18,606 bases of DNA from positions 1-18,606 of the forward strand of contig CAXSGP010000093.1 in NCBI GenBank assembly GCA_964236955.1, in the 5' to 3' direction. The DNA comes from an uncultured Oligoflexus sp. Lineage in GTDB: Bacteria > Bdellovibrionota_B > Oligoflexia > Oligoflexales > Oligoflexaceae. Numbering within the stretch: the first letter of the stretch is position 1; every line of letters starts with the position of its first letter. The notes beneath the pieces were generated by a model. It was given only the letters and a program-made list of their open reading frames with translations. It searched no databases and was not told where the DNA came from. Shown here piece after piece: positions 1 to 7,588 of this stretch. A program made the translations under genes and the position numbers.

Positions 1-307
1 CGAGTTTGCCTGTACTTTTCAATCACTTATCTCAAACGTCAACAGCCCCTAAATTGATTGGCTGTTAGCGCATGACGGTCCGGAACTGCCGATGGCTGCA
101 GCACGGGGGCGAAAAAAATGCTCATTTATGGCAAAAAACGCGGCTTTTTTTGCCCTCCCGCCTTGCGCTCGCCAGTCGCGGACTGTCCCGGAGCGACCCT
201 GACTATAGGGCCAGAATTCTAAGGTGTGGGCTCGCTTGGAATACTCTTCAACTAAAAATAATTGAATGGTTCGAACCCAACCCTAGCCTTCTGGCTACGA
301 CGGCCCG

Positions 308-787
308 TTACTCCGAAAGCTGAGCCTGGAGATAGACGTAGCGCGATCGAACTTTAACATAGGCTGAACGGAGCTGATAGCCTTCCGAGGTTTTCAACTG
401 GCTGTAGAGCTGAGTTGAGACTTTGGTGCTGCCACGATTGACGTCCTGATATTTCGTTTCAATGATATTCAATTCGCCTTGAATAGCTTCGGAGGACGCA
501 TGGTTTTCCAGATTTGAAGCCAGACGCTGCGCCGCATGCTTCAATGCATTGGTGTCCTGAATGAGATCGCTCAGATAGCTGGCGGCGGTGGTACCCTGGA
601 TACCATCGGCACGCGCCGACTGCCCGGCAAGATCCAAAGCGTCATCTGTGATGTTATAGAGGGCCCACGCCGCGTCGATGGCATCATGTTCAAAAGCTGC
701 ATCCGTGTAAGTCACCGCGCCGAATGCTGTTGAAAATGAAAGGGGGGCGAGAGCGATAAGTCCGGCAAGAACGATCGAGATTTTCAT
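308..787 (-). CDS. Secreted hypothetical protein, predicted alpha-helical (159 aa)
   Basis: Sec-type signal peptide MKISIVLAGLIALAPLSFSTAFG/A. AAGGA RBS upstream of the ATG. Mature part has amphipathic helical patterning. No family recognised. Confidence 0.8.
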   Translation of the reverse strand: MKISIVLAGLIALAPLSFSTAFGAVTYTDAAFEHDAIDAAWALYNITDDALDLAGQSARADGIQGTTAASYLSDLIQDTNALKHAAQRLASNLENHASSEAIQGELNIIETKYQDVNRGSTKVSTQLYSQLKTSEGYQLRSAYVKVRSRYVYLQAQLSE

Positions 788-844
788 GTTAGTTTCCTTC
801 GTGTGAGACCGTGGATCAACTTCCTAAGGCTATCCTATGCCTTT

Positions 845-862
845 GCCTTGAGATCACAAGGC
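845..862. promoter_or_regulatory. Near-perfect 18-bp palindrome, candidate transcription factor operator
   Basis: GCCTTGAGATCACAAGGC has 8 of 9 symmetric pairs and lies between divergent genes. Confidence 0.4.
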
Positions 863-943
863 TTTCGCAACGAAGTGTTCTGTGAGTCAAAAAATTCTTG
901 TAATATCAAATAGATAACAAAGAACACGAGAAGGGCTCTGGCT

Positions 944-1969
944 GTGAAAACGATGAATATCGAGACTCGGGGCGATGCGGAAGCGCTTTTTCAATGGGTG
1001 AAGAGCGAATGTTCTGGGAGCTCTCTGCTGTTTGCCCGGAAGTGTCCATGGCCTTCCAGTCGCTGGCAGAGCCTGGGTGAAGCCGATCTTTGGATAAAGC
1101 GTGAGGATGAACTCAGCTTTACATTGTCGGGCCCTAAATTTCGAAAATTTTGTGGGCTGAACCGCCTGTTTAAAAACTTTGAGACCATCATTGGGATCGG
1201 CAGCGCCCGCTCGGCTTTTCTTTTGGGCCTGGCACAAATGTGCCGGGAGCAGCGCAAGGACCTTGTCCTTTTCCTTCTCCGATCGGCGCCCTATCAGACT
1301 TTTGGCACTGATGTCCTCTATGAGAATGCCTTTCAGGCCTTCCCCCAGCAATGGTACGACCGCGCCGACTGGGCAAATGGGAAACAGCTTGCGATAACGT
1401 GGGCAGAGTCTCTTGGTAATGCCGTGGTGCTGCCCGAAGGCGGGGCTTGCCGCGAGGCCCTGGCCGGAGCGCTTAGCCTGGCCCTAGACCTGGTCGAACA
1501 GATGGAATACCTGGCGATCCCACTCCGGAACATTTGGATCGATTCCGGGTCGGGATTTACCGCTCAGGCCCTTATCTGGGGGCTTGGCACGCTCCTCAAA
1601 AAGCCGCCTTTGGTTCATGTCGTCCTTTGTGCGGGCAATAGCGAAAGCTTTGGAGAGGGCCTACGGCTGCGCGAGGGGGAGGCCCGAGCCTCGCTGGCGA
1701 TCGACTGGCAGCGCGCCGACTTTCGTCTGTATCGCCCCTCCACCGCGGCTTCCTATGGCTCAACCAACCGAACGGTCTGGGATAAGATTGCGGCTTGCCA
1801 TCAAGATCAAGGTATCCTTCTTGATCCACTTTATATGGCCAAACTCATGCTTACCTATGAGGCCCAGCATAAAGCCCATAATGCTCGGGACGGACCGACC
1901 CTTATCCTACACTCGGGAGGAGGCCTCAATAACTTTGGCTACCTCGACGGACTTCGTTGCCGTAAATAA
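944..1969 (+). CDS. PLP-dependent enzyme, ACC deaminase/D-cysteine desulfhydrase family (divergent); start GTG 944 or ATG 953
   Basis: Motifs LWIKREDE..SGPKFRK (family GNKxRK, PLP lysine), LPEGG, DSGSGFT, LDPLY and LHSGG. Confidence 0.85.
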   Translation: MKTMNIETRGDAEALFQWVKSECSGSSLLFARKCPWPSSRWQSLGEADLWIKREDELSFTLSGPKFRKFCGLNRLFKNFETIIGIGSARSAFLLGLAQMCREQRKDLVLFLLRSAPYQTFGTDVLYENAFQAFPQQWYDRADWANGKQLAITWAESLGNAVVLPEGGACREALAGALSLALDLVEQMEYLAIPLRNIWIDSGSGFTAQALIWGLGTLLKKPPLVHVVLCAGNSESFGEGLRLREGEARASLAIDWQRADFRLYRPSTAASYGSTNRTVWDKIAACHQDQGILLDPLYMAKLMLTYEAQHKAHNARDGPTLILHSGGGLNNFGYLDGLRCRK

Positions 1970-2056
1970 AGGCCGGGTGCCAGTCGGCAAAGCCTGCCCC
2001 TGGGGGTTTTTATCGATATTCGCTAAGATGGGAGGGTATATCGCGAAGGAAGTGCC

Positions 2057-2485
2057 ATGGGTAAAAACCGCGTTCCGCCATCCCGTCAAGAAAAGCTGTC
2101 CAAACCTTTGCCCCAGCGATCCCCTAAGGTGAAGGTTCACAGCCAAGCTCCAGCCCCGACTCAGAGAGGAGCCAATGTCGCCCTTCTCATCATTGGCTTT
2201 ATCTGTGGAATTTTATCCTTAAAAATCTTTGACCAGTACGAGCAGCGCCAGGGAGCGAAGCCGGAGCACGGCCAGACGACTGCCGATACCGCCTCGATCA
2301 AAGGCAAGCCTTTATGTGCCAGCATTGACGATGAGTCACGCAAAAAAGCCAAGCCTGTTGGCCTGCACTATAGGGATTTTCGCTTTGAAATTATGGGACG
2401 AAGCGGAACCGAGTGGGTGAAGATCGGGCCCGACCGCTATATGCACCTGTCCGACCTCGAAGGTATTGAAAAAAAGAAATTTTAA
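2057..2485 (+). CDS. Single-pass membrane protein with probable C-terminal SH3b-like domain
   Basis: AAGGA RBS, basic N-terminus, one TM (VALLIIGFICGILSL). C-terminus KPVGLHYRDFRFEIMGRSGTEWVKIGPDRYMHLSDL resembles the bacterial SH3 pattern by eye. Confidence 0.7.
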   Translation: MGKNRVPPSRQEKLSKPLPQRSPKVKVHSQAPAPTQRGANVALLIIGFICGILSLKIFDQYEQRQGAKPEHGQTTADTASIKGKPLCASIDDESRKKAKPVGLHYRDFRFEIMGRSGTEWVKIGPDRYMHLSDLEGIEKKKF

Positions 2486-2521
2486 GGCCTATGATAGCTG
2501 CAGGCGATAGATTCTCCCTAT

Positions 2522-2548
2522 AGAGACAGATTCGACCTGTCTTTTCTT
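2522..2548 (+). terminator. Probable intrinsic terminator
   Basis: Stem AGACAG-N7-CTGTCT followed by TTTCTT, about 35 nt after the stop at 2485. Confidence 0.5.
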
Positions 2549-2603
2549 CACGCTTTCAAGCTTTTATGCCCCATAATTTGCCACTCAAGCCCTTGCCGGA
2601 ATT

Positions 2604-3575
2604 TCACTTTTCGCTATGAGCCGCAATCCACCCCTGCAGATCGCTCAAAACCTGGGCTTTTTCGGGCTCATTCATAACTTCGTGATAGAGGCCTTCGTAG
2701 ACGAGGACCTTTTTCTCTGGGGCTTTGAGCTTTTCAATAAAATTGACAGTCGCCTGATGCGAGATGATACGGTCGCCAGTCGGCAGGAGAAAGAGGAGCG
2801 GATGCTTGAAGGTTTTGGCTGCCGCGAAAAGGTTCTCGCGCGCTTTTAGGTACGTGATAAAAAACGCCGACGAGGCAAGGCCGTGGTTTAATGGATCCGC
2901 CTGGTAATGTTTGACGACCGCCGGATCGCTTGATACTAGCGCGCCGAGGGCTTCGGTCGGAAGACTGAGCGAAGGCAGGACTTTATAGAGGATATTGGCC
3001 GCCAGGAGTTTCAACGTGGGAACCTTAAAAGCCAGATCGATCATGGGCGCGGTCACGGCGACCGATGCCAGCTCAAGATCGGGGTGCAGCTGTATCGTAC
3101 GAAGGGCGATGAGGCCGCCCATACTGTGGCCGACGAGATGGATTTCGGCTCTGCCGTAGCGGTTTTTCAAATATTGGGAATAGCGCCGGATGGCGAGGGC
3201 GGCATCCTCGGCATAATCATCAAAATCACGAATATGACCACGATTGCCAGAGGATTGCCCATGGCCTCGATGGTCGATGGCATAGATCGATCCCACCGCA
3301 TCTTTAAGGTAGTGGGGAAGGTGAAGATAGCGTCCGCTATGCTCACCCTGGCCGTGGAGCATGACGATTGCTTTATGCTGAAGTTTCTCACCTGTGGATC
3401 GAAACAGATGTGCAAAAAGATGCATCGACGGCAAGGGAATGGTCTCAAATTCAGCAACCCAATCCAAAGGGAGTTCTGGAAAACGTTCTGGCTGACTTGG
3501 AGACTGTGGCTTCTTCCGACGGTTGGCTTTGGAAAATACCGGTGCGAAGTGGCAAGTCAACGTTGATGTATCCAT
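2604..3575 (-). CDS. Alpha/beta hydrolase, lysophospholipase/monoacylglycerol lipase-like (Hydrolase_4 type)
   Basis: HGQGEHSGRY, DHRGHG, nucleophile GHSMGG, probable catalytic Asp (GDRII) and His (YHEV). Start moved to ATG 3575, which follows a GAAGGA RBS. Confidence 0.9.
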   Translation of the reverse strand: MDTSTLTCHFAPVFSKANRRKKPQSPSQPERFPELPLDWVAEFETIPLPSMHLFAHLFRSTGEKLQHKAIVMLHGQGEHSGRYLHLPHYLKDAVGSIYAIDHRGHGQSSGNRGHIRDFDDYAEDAALAIRRYSQYLKNRYGRAEIHLVGHSMGGLIALRTIQLHPDLELASVAVTAPMIDLAFKVPTLKLLAANILYKVLPSLSLPTEALGALVSSDPAVVKHYQADPLNHGLASSAFFITYLKARENLFAAAKTFKHPLLFLLPTGDRIISHQATVNFIEKLKAPEKKVLVYEGLYHEVMNEPEKAQVLSDLQGWIAAHSEK

Positions 3576-3692
3576 ACGAGATCCTTCTGCAGGCAAAATT
3601 CAGGCTGATGATCCCCACTAGGATATAGGATATTCTTGCCAGGATGTCATCGCTATCTTGAGAAACTCACTTCGGATGTCGCTGATCGCGCT

Positions 3693-3917
3693 TCAGCTCG
3701 CGCGATTGAATTTGCGTGGGGCTACCCCTTTGACCTCTTCGATGCGTTCGATGAGGATGTCCCGCAGCTCACCATAACAGTCTTCACAAATCGATTCGTC
3801 TATCAGATTTTCCGTGAGATCGCTCCAAACGATAAGAGCGGCTAAAGCCTGATCGCTAAAGGTCCGCTTTTGAAGTCTCGATTGATTCGCACAGCGCGGG
3901 CATTCTTGCGTCTTCAT
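3693..3917 (-). CDS. Small CxxC...CxxC putative metal (zinc)-binding protein (74 aa)
   Basis: CPRC and CEDC pairs, GAAGGA RBS, and a near-consensus sigma70 promoter directly upstream. Confidence 0.8.
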   Translation of the reverse strand: MKTQECPRCANQSRLQKRTFSDQALAALIVWSDLTENLIDESICEDCYGELRDILIERIEEVKGVAPRKFNRAS

Positions 3918-3958
3918 ACGCCGTGTCCTTCCCCAGTAGAATTGTTTAATTTAGAACC

Positions 3959-3988
3959 ATTATGGAAAGCCCTGCTCCTTCGTGTCAA
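3959..3988 (-). promoter_or_regulatory. Sigma70-type promoter for the 74-aa gene
   Basis: Minus strand reads TTGACA-N18-CATAAT, ending about 41 nt upstream of the ATG. Confidence 0.65.
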
Positions 3989-4090
3989 GAGAGTTAACTT
4001 TGGCCAGGCCCAGACCCGCTCTCAAGACTGCGTGCAGCGCGGCGCATTCATCGGTAAAATTTCAATTTCCCTTGAGCCCCAGGTTTATTT

Positions 4091-4112
4091 ATTTGTTTTT
4101 TGTGAAACAAAT
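4091..4112. promoter_or_regulatory. Inverted repeat, candidate regulator site
   Basis: ATTTGTTT-N6-AAACAAAT, perfect 8-bp arms, just upstream of a putative -35. Confidence 0.4.
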
Positions 4113-4119
4113 CAAAAAG

Positions 4120-4149
4120 TTGACCAGAAGGGCTAACGGCGTCTAAGCT
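4120..4149 (+). promoter_or_regulatory. Putative sigma70 promoter of the barrel/protease operon
   Basis: TTGACC-N18-TAAGCT preceded by an AT-rich tract. Confidence 0.45.
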
Positions 4150-4184
4150 GATCCCATAACTTTCTATTTGCTGTAGGACCCCCC

Positions 4185-4706
4185 ATGCGCCCTCAGGTAT
4201 TGGTTCTCAACCTTCTGGCTCTTCTAGGCTTATGCGGCCGGCCTGAGTCGGGCTTTGGCCTCGAGCTTCGGGTCGGCAAGGCCTGGTTTGAGAAGGGCGA
4301 CTATCTTTTGGAGCCGGGAGCCGAGATCGTTTTGGAAAATGCCCGCCATCAGTCGCTGCGACTGGAATTGAGTGGGCGAAGGTTTGGAAGATTTACCGAA
4401 ACGAGTGGCATCCTCAGTGTCAATTTTCCCTTCACGGTGCTGCCTTGGAAATCAGTTTACACCAGCTACGGCATCAGTCTGCTCGATCAGTACACGGCCT
4501 ATAACAGTCCAAGCGGCAAAGACGAAAGTGAACATTCTATAAATCTGGGTGTAAATCTCGGCCTGGGCTGGAGGGTGATTGAGACCGGACAATGGAGTGC
4601 CGATCTTGAATGGAACTCTCATATCTTCGCCGCTGGTTTGGCTTTCATCTACCTTACCACAGCCAGAAAAACCAACTTTACACTGGCGGTGGGGTATGAA
4701 TTATGA
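4185..4706 (+). CDS. Putative small outer-membrane beta-barrel protein (about 8 strands)
   Basis: AGGA RBS, signal peptide, alternating hydrophobic strands (SLRLELSG, INLGVNLGLGWRV, WSADLEWN), terminal strand FTLAVGYEL. Confidence 0.7.
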   Translation: MRPQVLVLNLLALLGLCGRPESGFGLELRVGKAWFEKGDYLLEPGAEIVLENARHQSLRLELSGRRFGRFTETSGILSVNFPFTVLPWKSVYTSYGISLLDQYTAYNSPSGKDESEHSINLGVNLGLGWRVIETGQWSADLEWNSHIFAAGLAFIYLTTARKTNFTLAVGYEL

Positions 4707-5161
4707 TCCGAAGTCAAGGCTTCCTAAGCGGCTTCTGCTGGCTGCTGTTTAGCAGCAGTTTTTCCAAGCCGGCGTTTGGCTCTGAGTTGACGGTGCTGCT
4801 GGGGCCACCCAGTTTGGGGCAGGGAGGCTCCAATCCTTTAGGCATTCCCCCGACAAATATTATTGACTGGCAAGCCTCCTATCGGAACGATGAAGGCGGT
4901 GAGTGGATGCTGAGCGTGGTGCCTGGCCTTTATTATGGCCGAAGATTCTCTCTCGATTCTATAACGCTTGGACTGGGCGGTGGCGTCTTGATTGGTGCCA
5001 ATGGTGTTGGCCTTGGCCTTTACCAGTCCCTCGGTTATGCGAGCCCCGCCTTTTGGAAGTCTTATCGATTTGAGGCCGAATATCGCCAAGTTGTCGGATT
5101 TTCCGGGCTAGGGCCCGAGTTTCCCTATACCTTGCGCATAGGATTTAGTTATGAAATTTAA
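4703..5161 (+). CDS. Putative small outer-membrane beta-barrel protein (about 8 strands)
   Basis: ATGA overlap with the previous gene, signal peptide ending AFG/S, Gly/aromatic-rich strands (ITLGLGGGVLIG, YRFEAEYRQ), terminal strand YTLRIGFSYEI. Confidence 0.7.
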   Translation: MIRSQGFLSGFCWLLFSSSFSKPAFGSELTVLLGPPSLGQGGSNPLGIPPTNIIDWQASYRNDEGGEWMLSVVPGLYYGRRFSLDSITLGLGGGVLIGANGVGLGLYQSLGYASPAFWKSYRFEAEYRQVVGFSGLGPEFPYTLRIGFSYEI

Positions 5162-5969
5162 GCCGTGTATTGCTCGCGCTGGACTGTGGCCTTATCTGCT
5201 TATGGCCGGATTCAGTGAGCCACTCTACGCTTTCGTTCATATTTCTCCGCTAAAACCTCACCTGCCCGTAAGCCGGGAGCATCCGACGATCACGTTCCAG
5301 TGGAACGGCGATGCCCCCAGTCTGAGCGACAAAGCCGAGGTCCTCAATGGTGCCTATGCCGACGCCTCCGATACCGCGTTGATGGGGGCGCTGCTGAATG
5401 AAGCGGTCAAACGCTGGAACGATGTGGAGAGTTCCTACCTCAATTTTGAAGTCGTGGTGACGCCGGGTGTGGTGAAAGATCAGGAGGACGAAATATATGC
5501 CATCGTCGTTGAAAATCAGGATTCACAGGCCGTAGCTGCCGCCGCTCTGCCCATCTTCGTCAGCGATCATCCGAACGCCTCGCCCAATAAAAAAAGCGGC
5601 CGTATCATCTTTGATTGCGATATCTCGGTATCGAGTTCCGGGGTGGGGGCCAAATCACTTTTGAAGACACTCATTCATGAAATGGGCCATTGCCTTGGGC
5701 TTGGGCATCCCCATTCCAACTATCATTCGATCATGAGCTACGCGAATATTTCCGGTTCGTCGCAATTGGATCTCGACGACAAAGCCGGCATCAGTTTTCT
5801 CTATCCCGCAGATGGTAATTCGGAGAAGGTCAGGTATTTAACCAGTTGCGGGCGGATTGAGGGCAACGGCGCCGGCGGTCTCGCCTTGCTCCTCCTACCC
5901 TTGCTTGTGAATATTTGGGCCGTTAGAAACAAAGGCTTCAGGCGGATCGGCTCGAGGCCAAGGCGTTGA
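5151..5969 (+). CDS. Matrixin (M10-like metzincin) zinc metalloprotease with C-terminal sorting/anchor segment
   Basis: HEMGHCLGLGH zinc motif (5676-5708), Met-turn SIMSY, signal peptide, and C-terminal SCG-Gly-rich-TM-basic tail. Confidence 0.9.
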   Translation: MKFKPCIARAGLWPYLLMAGFSEPLYAFVHISPLKPHLPVSREHPTITFQWNGDAPSLSDKAEVLNGAYADASDTALMGALLNEAVKRWNDVESSYLNFEVVVTPGVVKDQEDEIYAIVVENQDSQAVAAAALPIFVSDHPNASPNKKSGRIIFDCDISVSSSGVGAKSLLKTLIHEMGHCLGLGHPHSNYHSIMSYANISGSSQLDLDDKAGISFLYPADGNSEKVRYLTSCGRIEGNGAGGLALLLLPLLVNIWAVRNKGFRRIGSRPRR

Positions 5970-5989
5970 AGGAAGGCAGTATCGGCTGA

Positions 5990-7390
5990 TTAGGACACCA
6001 AGTGGGTGATGACGCTCGGAGGCCTTGCATAGGTATGCCCATTATCATCAAAAACCTGGAAGTACAGCCGTTTGGCTTCGTGGTCATCGCGGATGCGAAA
6101 GTTTTTAAGTTCAAAGCTTTGAAAATTGTGCTGTGCGGTCTGCGGCAGCTTTTGATGGACCGATTCCTGGAGGATGATGATCGTGCTTTTCGGAATATGA
6201 TGGAAAAGCTCCTTGCGTATACTTTCATAGCGCGTGGCAAGAATGATCGGTCGTCCGTAAAGATCGTATTCCTTTGGTGTGGTATGCGGGTAAAAGGCTT
6301 CGATTGCGCCATTGGCAATGCCGATCGCGCAGTGGACCTTTTCATTGGGGGCGAGTTTTGCGGCCTCATCGTGAAAAATGAGCACGAACTGCTGGGCAAG
6401 CTTGATCGCCAGGGCTTCTTTATTCCAGTTGCCAGGGACTTTGAAGGGATAGCCGACCGAACATAAAAAACCGTCACCCATCTCCTTGATGCGATAGGCG
6501 TTCGCTTCAAAGACCGATTGCGAATAGTTTTCCATCATGATGGTCTGGCATTTTTTCAAGACGTTTTGCAAGAGGGTTCGGGCGTAGGGACTTTTGATTT
6601 TCGAACTTTCTATGACATCGAAGGCGATAACGCAGGCCTCACCGTAGCCGACTGGCATGGTTTCTTCGAGCGTAAAGCCATCCTCTATCATGTGCCGCTG
6701 ATGGGGATACAGCATTTTTTCCAGTTGCTTATAGGCATGGGTCCGCAGGTTTTTTTCCTGCTGGCTAAAATAAAACTGATAGCGAAAGAGCCGAAACACC
6801 AGGCTATTGAACACAGCCCCTAAAGCGGCACCGATGGCGATCGCCGCACCGTTCACTGTCATATAATGATAATCCAGCGAGAGCACCCAACCGATGATCA
6901 AAACGGTCGTGATAGTGGATTGCATGATGTTTTTATACGTCTTGGCGTGAGTGGCAAGCGTCCATATCACGATCATCAAGAGGGTTGGGGAGGCGCCGGC
7001 CATGAGGTTCAAGGCGCCGTCGTTGGAATTTTTAAAAAAGACCCAGGCCGATTCAAGCGTGATGACTTTGACGATAAGGTCGAGATAGTGGGCGGCGTGG
7101 CTATTGAGGAAATCGAATTTTTTTGCCAAAAATACATAAGCGAAAACCAGAAAGCAGGACAGGACATGGGTAAAGACAAACGGCCAGTGACCGGTCTTCA
7201 GGGCCATGACCGGGCCGGAAAGGAAGAGGACCAAAGCGACCAAACCTGCTATTCGGCTCGTAAATAAGTAGCGGCGAACATATTCGTTGAGTTCGCTCGT
7301 GAATTCCTGCGAATGGCTTTTACAAAAATCCAAAACGCGCGTTTGAAGATTTGAATCAAGACTGGAAGTGGATGAATCGTTTGGCACCAT
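5990..7390 (-). CDS. Membrane-bound class III adenylate/guanylate cyclase
   Basis: About 6 N-terminal TM segments. Catalytic domain motifs AFDVIESS, IKEMGDGF, AIGIANG and YDLYGRPIILATRYE. Confidence 0.88.
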   Translation of the reverse strand: MVPNDSSTSSLDSNLQTRVLDFCKSHSQEFTSELNEYVRRYLFTSRIAGLVALVLFLSGPVMALKTGHWPFVFTHVLSCFLVFAYVFLAKKFDFLNSHAAHYLDLIVKVITLESAWVFFKNSNDGALNLMAGASPTLLMIVIWTLATHAKTYKNIMQSTITTVLIIGWVLSLDYHYMTVNGAAIAIGAALGAVFNSLVFRLFRYQFYFSQQEKNLRTHAYKQLEKMLYPHQRHMIEDGFTLEETMPVGYGEACVIAFDVIESSKIKSPYARTLLQNVLKKCQTIMMENYSQSVFEANAYRIKEMGDGFLCSVGYPFKVPGNWNKEALAIKLAQQFVLIFHDEAAKLAPNEKVHCAIGIANGAIEAFYPHTTPKEYDLYGRPIILATRYESIRKELFHHIPKSTIIILQESVHQKLPQTAQHNFQSFELKNFRIRDDHEAKRLYFQVFDDNGHTYARPPSVITHLVS

Positions 7391-7423
7391 AGCCCAATCC
7401 CTCTCATTATCTCCGGCTCAAAG

Positions 7424-7451
7424 GGATCGGAGCTGAGAGCGCCTAACTTTA
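7424..7451 (-). promoter_or_regulatory. Possible sigma28 (FliA)-like promoter for the cyclase
   Basis: TAAA(GTT)...TCCGATCC with a 16-nt spacer after TAAA (consensus TAAA-N15-GCCGATAA), 33 nt from the ATG. Confidence 0.35.
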
Positions 7452-7588
7452 TCGAATTACACCTGATTTTTCGCCCCGGGTAGCTTTTGCCAATAGGAAC
7501 GAGTAGATAGAATGGGTGAGAATAAAGGATCATGCCGAACCGCGGGCGGCGACCCTGCCGTCCGGGAAGCGGCTGCAGCCTGATTTCC

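Noticed and set aside
41..154. Hairpins AACAGCC/GGCTGTT (41-66) and GGCAAAAAA/TTTTTTGCC (130-154)
   Set aside because: Real inverted repeats, but weak or low complexity, without a separate U-tail, and the left-hand context is outside the window. No function can be assigned.
72..323. 83-aa ORF at the window start
   Set aside because: No RBS or protein-like features, and it overlaps the end of the 308-787 gene.
5938..6510. 190-aa alternative-frame ORF over the cyclase 3' end, a possible frameshift product
   Set aside because: The cyclase frame is intact through all motifs to its stop, and the alternative frame has Arg/Ser-rich non-coding composition.
5990..7390. Cyclase as a Pycsar-type anti-phage enzyme
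   Set aside because: It has a multi-TM N-terminus and ATP-type specificity residues, there is no adjacent cNMP-binding TIR or TM effector, and the context is not a defence island.
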